A stretch of DNA of 64,000 bases from Octopus bimaculoides (taxonomy: Eukaryota), in contig NC_068982.1 in assembly GCF_001194135.2 (NCBI RefSeq), positions 108,275,267-108,339,266 of the forward strand. The letters run 5' to 3'. A program made the position numbers and the translations under genes. Positions 54,339 to 64,000 of this stretch are shown piece after piece (position 1 is the stretch's first letter; each line of letters starts with the position of its first letter). The notes under the pieces were generated by a model. The model worked only from the letters and a program-made list of their open reading frames with translations. It was not told the origin of the DNA and searched no databases.

Positions 54339-55690
54339 TTGTTCGAAACTTGTTAACGTTATTTCAACGCGTTTAAAGTAACATATTTTTTCTCCGTCTA
54401 CAAGGAACTAAATGTTTAAATTTATCTCATCAGTATAGAAGAGGCGTATTTCGATATATCTGATGCCATCTAATTTCAGAAAATAAATTTGTAGCATATA
54501 TTATGATAAATTCCTTCCTTAATGACCACTATAGTTTAATTTGAATATGAATTCAAATCGCTGATATCTGTTACGTTTTCCAAATTCAAAATATGAACGT
54601 CTTTTGTATGGCAAAATGAGATGGTATCATCAAGTTCATTGTATAATAATATATTATACTATTCATGTAATGATGGTCACTGGCTCTCACTAACTGACAT
54701 TGCAACTGTTTTATGTACATTTAATAGTTCGAGTGACTACATAAAGTAAATAATTGTATCACAGTAAAAGTACATGCAGAGAAAAGAGAACGAATAAACT
54801 ATAGTAACGAAAAACACAGAAATAAATTATAAATTTATATTTAAAATATTTTATACAAATTCACTATCAACAATATTCCTCCCACTATACCAAAAGTTTT
54901 CCCATCTGTCTTTTCTCNNNNNNNNNNNNNNNNNNNNNNNNNNNNNNNNNNNNNNNNNNNNNNNNNNNNNNNNNNNNNNNNNNNNNNNNNNNNNNNNNNN
55001 NNNNNNNNNNNNNNNNNNNNNNNNNNNNNNNNNNNNNNNNNNNNNNNNNNNNNNNNNNNNNNNNNNNNNNNNNNNNNNNNNNNNNNNNNNNNNNNNNNNN
55101 NNNNNNNNNNNNNNNNNNNNNNNNNNNNNNNNNNNNNNNNNNNNNNNNNNNNNNNNNNNNNNNNNNNNNNNNNNNNNNNNNNNNNNNNNNNNNNNNNNNN
55201 NNNNNNNNNNNNNNNNNNNNNNNNNNNNNNNNNNNNNNNNNNNNNNNNNNNNNNNNNNNNNNNNNNNNNNNNNNNNNNNNNNNNNNNNNNNNNNNNNNNN
55301 NNNNNNNNNNNNNNNNNNNNNNNNNNNNNNNNNNNNNNNNNNNNNNNNNNNNNNNNNNNNNNNNNNNNNNNNNNNNNNNNNNNNNNNNNNNNNNNNNNNN
55401 NNNNNNNNNNNNNNNNNNNNNNNNNNNNNNNNNNNNNNNNNNNNNNNNNNNNNNNNNNNNNNNNNNNNNNNNNNNNNNNNNNNNNNNNNNNNNNNNNNNN
55501 NNNNNNNNNNNNNNNNNNNNNNNNNNNNNNNNNNNNNNNNNNNNNNNNNNNNNNNNNNNNNNNNNNNNNNNNNNNNNNNNNNNNNNNNNNNNNNNNNNNN
55601 NNNNNNNNNNNNNNNNNNNNNNNNNNNNNNNNNNNNNNNNNNNNNNNNNNNNNNNNNNNNNNNNNNNNNNNNNNNNNNNNNNNNNNNNNA

Positions 55691-55768
55691 TGTGCCACGC
55701 AGTTGAACTGAACCCGGAACCATGTGGTTCGTAAGCAAGCTACTTACCACACATCCACTCCTACGCCT
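55691..55768 (-). mobile_element. SINE family A head
   Basis: gtgccacgcagttgaactgaacccggaaccatgtgg..ccactcctacgcct. Confidence 0.8.
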
Positions 55769-55770
55769 AT

Positions 55771-55838
<68 letters not shown>

Positions 55839-57282
55839 TGATGATAATGATGATAAACGTAGAATACGTGTTGCAATGATAATGAATTTCTGAACGATGT
55901 CATAAAGCGTATTCATTTCTATTTACGGCAAGTTTATTATCCTATTCGGGGTGTCTGCACATTGCATGCAGTTACATCAAGCAGCATGATGTCGATGAGA
56001 AAGATGAAACTGCCTAGAGGAAGCTAAGCAATAGATATGTATGGAAAGTAAATATATGGTATATTTTGTGTCTGGTTGATAAATTTCTTCTGAGAGAAAA
56101 CTAGTCGAAGATTACAATAGTAAATGGGTTGTTCTTCGAAAGCATAGTCTTAGGGTTCGGTCGAAAACTCTTTATTAATGAAATTTCAACGTTTCGCTCC
56201 CGAAATTTCAGAGTTTGGAAAACTTCGAGCGACTTCACCTTTCACCTGACTAGAAATAAGATAGTGTAGCTATATATTAATACGCTTGTCTACTCAACCG
56301 AAAGTGGAGAAAATAGAGGTCCAGAATGGTGTATCATTCAATATTTATTTTATCAAGCTTAAACTTGAAAATGCTCAGGGGTGATGATATTCCGTCAGCA
56401 TTTATTGGTAGTTTAGTTTTAGTGCTACGTAAGATAGAATAGAATTTGTAGAATTCAATTATTTTGTGTTTAAACCCCTCATTGAACTTTCAATTCGACA
56501 GTGGTAATGATATTAACTAGCAATATAACCCGAATACGCACGCGCGCATACGCGCGCACGCGCACTCAGAAACAAAAGAAGCAACAACAGAAATCGAATA
56601 TGCTGAATATATTGTAATATTTTGTCTATCAATAACAGTAGTGTATCTTCAGTATGTTTTGATAATATACGTTTACACTGTTCCTATCAATATCACCTTT
56701 TCTGTTCTAATTATAAACATAATATATTATCATTTAAGCATGTAACATTTATTTTATAAAACGATAATCATGTTTCCTCACGATACGCAGCCAATTTTAA
56801 GTAAACTTCCTCCACCACCTTCCAAGTTGATAATCTTTGAAAGCCTCTTTATAAATTTGATGCTTTTGTTGTTTGATTCTCTTCCCAATTACAATCTTCT
56901 GAAAGTTCATATTTCCTCTGCGTAAACGAACTGGGATGGGGTCCAGCACTGTATGATAAGAAATTTAACTTCAGTAAAGTACATTTTGAAAATCACTTGG
57001 AACACATTTTCTGAAATCATTTACCATAAATAATTACAACACTAAAAATTGTTCATAATTATTTCTTCTCAACATTTTCTGTTTTGCCTTTAGAAGTAAG
57101 AAATCTACCACCACTAAAACGTAATACAAAAATAATTTTAATTTTTTTTTCAGTAACCGAAATAGATTATAAGCCATTTCTCAATACCAAAACGTGAATT
57201 TAAGTTGCAAAAATAATATTGCCAGTATATCTATTTCCTGTTAAAATTCTTTACTGTAGTCATTGACTCATTGACTCTTTTA

Positions 57283-57697
57283 CTCTTTTACTTGTTTCAG
57301 TCATATGACTGTGGTCATGCTGGAGCACCGCCTTTAGTCGAGCAAATTGACCCCAGGACTTATTCTTTTGTTAGCCTAGTACTTATTCTATCGGTCTATT
57401 TTTGCCGAACCGCTAAGTTACGGGGACGTAAACACGCCNNNNNNNNNNNNNNNNNNNNNNNNNNNNNNNNNNNNNNNNNNNNNNNNNNNNNNNNNNNNNN
57501 NNNNNNNNNNNNNNNNNNNNNNNNNNNNNNNNNNNNNNNNNNNNNNNNNNNNNNNNNNNNNNNNNNNNNNNNNNNNNNNNNNNNNNNNNNNNNNNNNNNN
57601 NNATATACACAACAGGCTTCTTTCAGTTTCCGTCTACCAAATCCACTCACAAGACTTTGGTCGGCCCGAGGCTATAGTAGAAGACACTTGCCCAAAT
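57283..57697 (-). mobile_element. SINE family A
   Basis: Tail and head halves flank an N gap where the internal microsatellite normally lies. Confidence 0.9.
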
Positions 57698-57825
57698 TTG
57701 TTCATATTTCTTAAACGTTATTAATGGAAGGAAGATTTCCCGCAGAAGGCTGCAAAATTCTTGGATTCCATTTTAGGCTTAGAAGCTTAATTGCTGCACT
57801 GCGATCATCAAGATACATACATACA

Positions 57826-57854
<29 letters not shown>

Positions 57855-57856
<2 letters not shown>

Positions 57857-58310
57857 GGTAGAAGCCATAGCCACTCATAATAAAATGGAATACTGGTGGA
57901 ATGTACCAGTGAAGACCTCAATAAAATGTAAGCACAACAGACCTGATATAATGATTTGGGATTGAGAAGAGAAACTGTACGCAGTTGTAGAAATTAGCTG
58001 CCCAACGGATGTTAACATAAAGCTGAAGATCAGTGAAAAAGAGAACACCTATGATTAACTATTGAGAAATCTACAGTTACTCTATCCAGATTACAAGTTC
58101 TGGTTTATACCTGTAATTATTGGGGCCCTGAGATATGTAACACACTGCCTAAATACCAATCTTGAGAAATTAGGCTTCTCAAAAACAGAAAGGAGAAAGC
58201 TAATTCGAAGGTTACAGATCCAATCCATCACTGGAACTGTAAAAATCTGTAAAACTTTCCAGAAGTTTATCATTTAAATGAGCATGTCTAGATATGTAAC
58301 TCTATGCATG
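57855..58310 (+). mobile_element. 5'-truncated RLE non-LTR retrotransposon (second RLE family), endonuclease C-terminus
   Basis: EYWWNVPVKTSIKCKHNRPDIMIWD..VVEISCP.DVN..EKE..Y..LLRNLQLLYPDY..IPVIIGAL..GTVKICKTF. (ATAC)n lies upstream and ATACATACAT downstream. Confidence 0.85.
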
Positions 58311-58339
58311 AGAATACATACATAAAACATACAAATCTG

Positions 58340-58500
58340 CACATCTCCGTGTTTTTCTCCTTGTTTTCTCCGTATTCTTTCTGTTGAAGAGTGTAGCTCG
58401 AAACGTTAAAGACTTTCTGTATTCCCGAGCGTCAAACTAATACATCCTTTTGTTGTTTACACCACCTGTCCTCGTCTGTTGTTCTTTTTTTCGTACATTC
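58340..58500 (+). repeat. Short repeat carrying a hammerhead-like variant
   Basis: TCTTT-CTGTTGA-A-GAG tgtag CTC-GAA-ACGT-T-AAAGA at 58376-58412. Confidence 0.5.
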
Positions 58501-58707
58501 TCCTACATGCATACATACATACATACATACATACATACATACGCATATATGCAAATGCACATACAGACGGGAATTGCATATACTGAATTTCAAACTGTCA
58601 CACTCAAATGTAGACGCGCACACAGATACACACACAAAGGTATTCAAATACCACTTCTTGCTGCTTTTTCTTTCTTTTGTTTCTATCATCATCTCACCCA
58701 ACCTTCC

Positions 58708-58768
<61 letters not shown>

Positions 58769-59329
58769 CTGTAAATTCTGCAACATATTAAAAATGAGAG
58801 CAACAAAATCCTATATAGGCAATTAGATTATTTCACTAAATTTTGCTGAAAGAATCGCTGATGGCGAATGATTGCGTTATAATTTTATGAAACTTCCTTG
58901 TGCTAAAGACCATCTGTTTGGAAAATATGAGAGAACGTACTGAACAACCTTGCATTGCAAAAAGAGAAATAGTATCAGTGATACTTGAAGGAAGTTAAAT
59001 CCTTAGATGGTAGTTGTGCAGACGATAACTGAGGATAGATTTCATTGTTTATTTCTCTTACCCTGTCTATCATCATTTTATTGCTTTAGCTGATGATTGT
59101 AATTGGCTGAGAGATAGAGTTCACAGATGGATCTTCATATTAATAGAATGCAAATACAAATGTTTCCCCACTTCTATTTAAGATGATTGGTTGCTCTCCA
59201 ATTCGTGTAAAAGTCTATTCAATAAGCCCTACTTTATTTAACGGCAGTTTTTTTTTTTTTTTCCAGATTGTAAACTTGTTAAAATATCTTTAATACTATG
59301 AAAAAAAAGGATCAAAGCTCTTTCTTGAA

Positions 59330-59525
59330 TCAAAAGCTCAGTAAGCCGGTCTTCTGATTCTGTGGCCTTTAAATATTCCACCCACTGGACGGGACGCCGG
59401 TTTGTCGCAGGATCACTCATTTTTGCCAGTTGAGTGAACTAGAACAACATGAAATCGAAGTGTTTTGCTTAAAAACACAAAGTATCGTCAGGTCCAGGAA
59501 TCGAAACCATAATCTTACTATCACG
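59330..59525 (-). mobile_element. tRNA-derived SINE fragment, another family
   Basis: Minus-strand B box ggtttcgattcctggacc followed by gtgtttttaagcaaaacactt..ttcactcaactggca. Confidence 0.7.
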
Positions 59526-61082
59526 CCTCCATACTTTGATACCATAGTTATTGTAAATTTTGATTTTCTAATGTGCGTCACCCATTTTTCAACCAGAATC
59601 GCTAATTAAGATGATGTTTCTCATTACTATCGATGTAATCTTAATTAATTAATGTTTCTTGTCTCATTACATTATTTCCTACTTTACTATTTGTTTTTCA
59701 CACAGCAGACGCCCCTGGGTATTTTCTCCAGTTATTATTTCAAGTTATCACACCACTGTATGCTGAAGTATTAAAATGTTATATCCTGTACTCATTCTAA
59801 GATCTGGCATTACGATTAATTTATGTTTGGCTGATGAAGTCCAATAAGGTAAGAACATTACCAGTGTGTTACAGTACTGCTAAAGATCAAACTCACTACC
59901 CGCTACATTCTATATTTTATTAATCTTAATTAATTCAAACTCCCGATTTGTCTTCCTTGACGAAAATATGTTATAATGTTGATGACTATCTTTCCTCTCC
60001 ATTACAGGTGTAAGTTTTAATAAATTTTATTAAAATGAATTGACTCATTATATCATGTCTGCATTTAATGTTTCCCGGTTCAAATGTCCAATAGTTACCA
60101 TATATTTAATAAGAAAAACACAAATTTAAACTGTATCATGTCAAAGAGAGAGCTTCTCCATTGATGCTAGGCTTCCTTGTTATAACAATAAAAATTCTCT
60201 TTGTTGAACGGGAGAAAATGTTTTGTAACATTTAATTCAGAATACAACATGTCTAGTGTTACTAAATACAGTATATCTAAAGCGGGAAGGTCTCGGCCAA
60301 AATAATGGCTAAACATTGAAATAGTCGACATATTCAAGACTGCACAAATTGATATTCCAGATTTGACAAAAAAAAAAACAAGCCATGTGAAGAGAAAAAC
60401 GAAGACGCTTTACTCACAAGACACGGTGAATGTCGAAAATATAGAAATATCATCATAAATTACGTATATCTACAAGTAGTGAATGTAAATCATCTAAATA
60501 CACGCAAATCATCCAAATACGCTTCATAACACAATAAAACATGATATATCAAGAAACCGGATGTAACTTTGTCATCTTCCTGCTAAAACTCATATCCCAA
60601 CAAGCATTTTTAATTATCCATCTATGTATCATACTGAATGTATACACACTGTCGATAAGCCCAATTACTGTGGTATTTTTCCTGAGATAACATCTCTTAC
60701 AGTGCGCTGTGTTAAAAGTACAATAAATGTAAGAAGGAAAGGAAAATTCGCCCTAGCAGTGGGCCACGAGAACGCCAGGTATATTTTGGCCTTTTTTTAA
60801 ACCTTTTCAGTCGCGTGCATTCGCAGCTAGCCGCATGCTCGGATGAGAATTGTCGCTTTTAATGTAGGAAAAAGTGAATAAAACATTCACTGATGTTGCG
60901 AATAGCTGTCCGGCAGAACAGAAATCAGGTATACGTAATTGAGGCAGTATTAAGTTTAAAATAGCCATTTATGTAATATACTTAATGCATAAACACTCTC
61001 GACAGGCCAGTTACTACGGTAGTTGTTTTGAAATAACATTTCTTACAGAACACCAGATGCATTTAGACCATTTTTCTTTCTT

Positions 61083-61122
<40 letters not shown>

Positions 61123-61284
61123 AGAGGCTACGAGTGTGCACCATTGATAAGGCGATCTTCACTCGCTCTCTAAATATTCTTATTTGATAGGACCATATTC
61201 TTTTATTCTTTCATTCGTTCCATCCATGCAGCCACCGTCACGCTAGAGCACTACATACATACATACATGCATGCATGCATGCAT

Positions 61285-61353
<69 letters not shown>

Positions 61354-61362
61354 CATACTAAC

Positions 61363-61421
<59 letters not shown>

Positions 61422-61748
61422 CAAGGTGCGATGAACAAACTGTCTAAATTACGCAAAACTGAAAATAACACTGACATCACATTTTAACAGATATATTTAC
61501 TAAAATTACTTTAAAATATCATGAAATACTAAAGAGTAAATTTATTTAATGAAATCGCCATTGGCATCAACCACGGCCTCCAGACGACTTCGGAATCTCC
61601 TACAACACTTCTGGGCGGTATCCTTGTTTAAGTTGGTGAATGCTACCGTAAGCTTTGCCTTCAGTTCATCTTTGGTGTTACAATGAGTATTGTTGGTCTC
61701 TCGCTTAATTGCGCCCTATACATAATAATCAAGGGGGTTGCAGTTTTA
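61422..61748 (-). mobile_element. Tc1/mariner (maT-like) 3' remnant
   Basis: NCNPLDYYV*GAIKRETN..RFRSRLEAVVDANGDFIK*, homologous to ORF 514-816. The terminus is TA (61420-21) then CAAGGTG. Confidence 0.85.
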
Positions 61749-63033
61749 GAGCGTAGCGTTATTTCTGAAGATGGTTGTGATATATTGTCATCAGATTGTG
61801 TACTTACAGTAAAATTCATTCAATGTAAATTTAGGTTTGCTTCTATCTAAAACGCGTTGTTCTTTAAAAGGTACTTTTTCATGTGGTGGAGTTCTTATAG
61901 ACAGTAGCCTTATATCTGATTATGTCAGCAGTATTCGCCTAAGCCCTGTTGTGCATTACAAATTCCAGTCGAATCGTAGAGGGCGATTCTATTTATTCAG
62001 TCTCACGGTGTTTTTGTTTTGTTTTATAACGTCACATGCTTCTGTCATAATTTGAATGAAGAATAAGGTTTTATACTAACTGTTATTACTCTATTACTTG
62101 TGTTCTTTCGATTATCAACGCTTAAAGATTTCTGACAGCAGCAAAGTAAGTTTCCGTGTGTGATGGGATTAGAACCTTATATAGGTTTTTTTGCAAAACC
62201 AAATACAAACAGGCATGAAGATGTAGGATACAACAGAGAGTCAGAATGAGGGAGTAAAAGAGAAATAAATGAGTAGAAAATTGAAAATTTAGTAGAAAAA
62301 ATTTCTTTAACTGAAATCTCACATGACCTCTGAGATTTTCGTGGAAAGAATGGCATAAGACGAAATATTAATATTTGATTTACTAATACATATTATAAAG
62401 CAAATATTCCTACGAAATAACACGTCACTTTCCTTCTTATTTATGAGATAATTCATGGAAGAACTTTCACTCAGAAAACCATCAAGATGTGTAAATTGCA
62501 TTCCCGTGGAATTATTGATAAAAATGGACGCAAGAAAAATATTCGTGGATAGAAATTATTTGATAACTCAATAGCTAAGCCAATTATGTCCCTTGTTCTA
62601 GGAACAAGCGCAAAACAGGAAGAAACTATTGCCCTGAGTATTAAAAACATTCCCATGATAAATATGCAGAATCGAAAGGCCAATTTAGGATATTTCTGAT
62701 TGAATAGTCAGTATTATCAGATTGACTATAAAGCAAAGCCAAAAAAAACATGAAAAACATTGATTTGTAACAATAATTTCCTCGCAGTATTCAATTTCTC
62801 TCACTTTAGCATTGAATAAACATGTATTGACTGCCAGGGGTTTCCCTCTGAGCTATAATCTACTACAGTAGCTTGGTAAAAAAAATATATTTATATAATC
62901 AATAAAGGCAAAATTATTCATGGCTACCCATGGTGTGGAAGCTTTCATTGAGCATTCATAAAAATTTTTATGAGAAGTGATAAAATAACGCATATATCAA
63001 AGACTACTGTCTTGAAAGAATATTCATATAATA

Positions 63034-63442
63034 ATATTGTTATATTTGGGGACGGTCATTTTGCAAATAGATACACGCACTATTTATTTGATCTTCACTT
63101 TAGCTTTATTATTATCATTATTACTTTATTTGTCAGAGTTCTTTTGTCACATTCTGTGACCTCTTCAATGAGTATCTGTTCTTCTTCGAGTCTCCTCTTC
63201 ACTCCGATCTATCCATCTTGTCTTTCTTATTACAAAAAGGCAAGATGGAATACACAGGACAAGACCAGAGAGAAAAGGAGACACGGAGAAGAAGAACGGA
63301 TAGTCATTGAAGAGGTGTCAGGATGTGTGACGAAAGAACTCTGGCAAATAAACTAATAATAATAATAATAAAGCTAAAGTAAAGATCAATAAATAGTGCG
63401 TGCGTTTATTAGGGAAATGACCGTCCCTAAATATAACAATAT
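63034..63442. repeat. 409-bp imperfect fold-back (inverted duplication or foldback MITE)
   Basis: Arms pair from atattgttatattt[g/a]gggacggtcattt inward to ccatcttg[t/c]cttt, around a 10-nt loop at 63226-63235. Confidence 0.85.
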
Positions 63443-63527
63443 CTATTTCAACACTCGATTTCAAATTAAAATATCTTGCAAAACATAAACGACGGTGGTA
63501 GTAGCGATGATACTGATGATGGTGGTG

Positions 63528-63601
<74 letters not shown>

Positions 63602-63605
<4 letters not shown>

Positions 63606-64000
63606 GAAATGTATAAAATAATGGAAATGTATAAAATAATGGAAATGTATAAAATAGCTCCTACTCTGCGAAACTTTTTATCTGTAAGTATGAGATCATG
63701 GAGAACCACACTGATGTTGAACAATGACAATGAATCTCTAAATGCTGGAGATGTAAGAATTTCATGTGGCATTTTCCAGGGTGAGTCACTATCACCACTC
63801 CTCTTCTGTCTAGCCCTAATACCGCTCTCAAAATTGCTCAATGATGCACAGTATGGTTATAAAATATTTGATAAAAATATAAATCATCTCATTTACATGG
63901 ATGATTAAAGCTCTTTGCAAAAAATGACCAACAACTCAAAGGCCTACTAGCGATTGTTAAACAATTCAGTGATGACATCAGGATGCAATTTGGCCTTGAT
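63602..64000 (+). mobile_element. 5'-truncated R4/Dong-like LINE, RT domain, running off the window
   Basis: GIFQGESLSPLLFCLALIPLS..INHLIYMDD*KLFAKN, directly after (AAT)n at about 63529-63601. Confidence 0.9.

Noticed and set aside
60740-60935. CpG-richer patch with possible splice signals or a promoter
   Set aside because: It is too short and unspecific to call without expression data.

Overview
This is eukaryotic, AT-rich, microsatellite- and transposon-dense DNA with about 4.5 kb of N gaps. The SINE families and repeat content suggest an octopus short-read assembly (inference). I found no complete host gene, rRNA, true tRNA or CRISPR array. One plausible host exon lies at 28992-29158/29178. 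Nearly every long ORF in the track is a microsatellite or N artefact, or a decayed transposon ORF. Recognisable elements: R4/Dong-like and other RLE-endonuclease non-LTR retrotransposons, three Tx1/L1-clade 3' fragments, two RTE fragments, two large Penelope-like elements (PLEs), three Tc1/mariner remnants, MITEs, and at least four tRNA- or LINE-related SINE families. Best leads: (1) hammerhead ribozymes read directly from the sequence, one intact at a PLE 3' end (27818-27883) and one near-intact with no PLE ORF nearby (32830-32887, minus), plus variant cores; (2) an R4-like element cleanly missing its whole RT domain; (3) a Ser/Asn-rich stop-free insert splitting a PLE GIY-YIG nuclease; (4) a SINE whose tail matches the Tx1 LINE 3' end; (5) microsatellite-associated LINE insertions; (6) a 409-bp fold-back. 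Element boundaries were read by eye and are approximate unless a TSD or TIR is quoted. Family names come from remembered motifs, not database searches.
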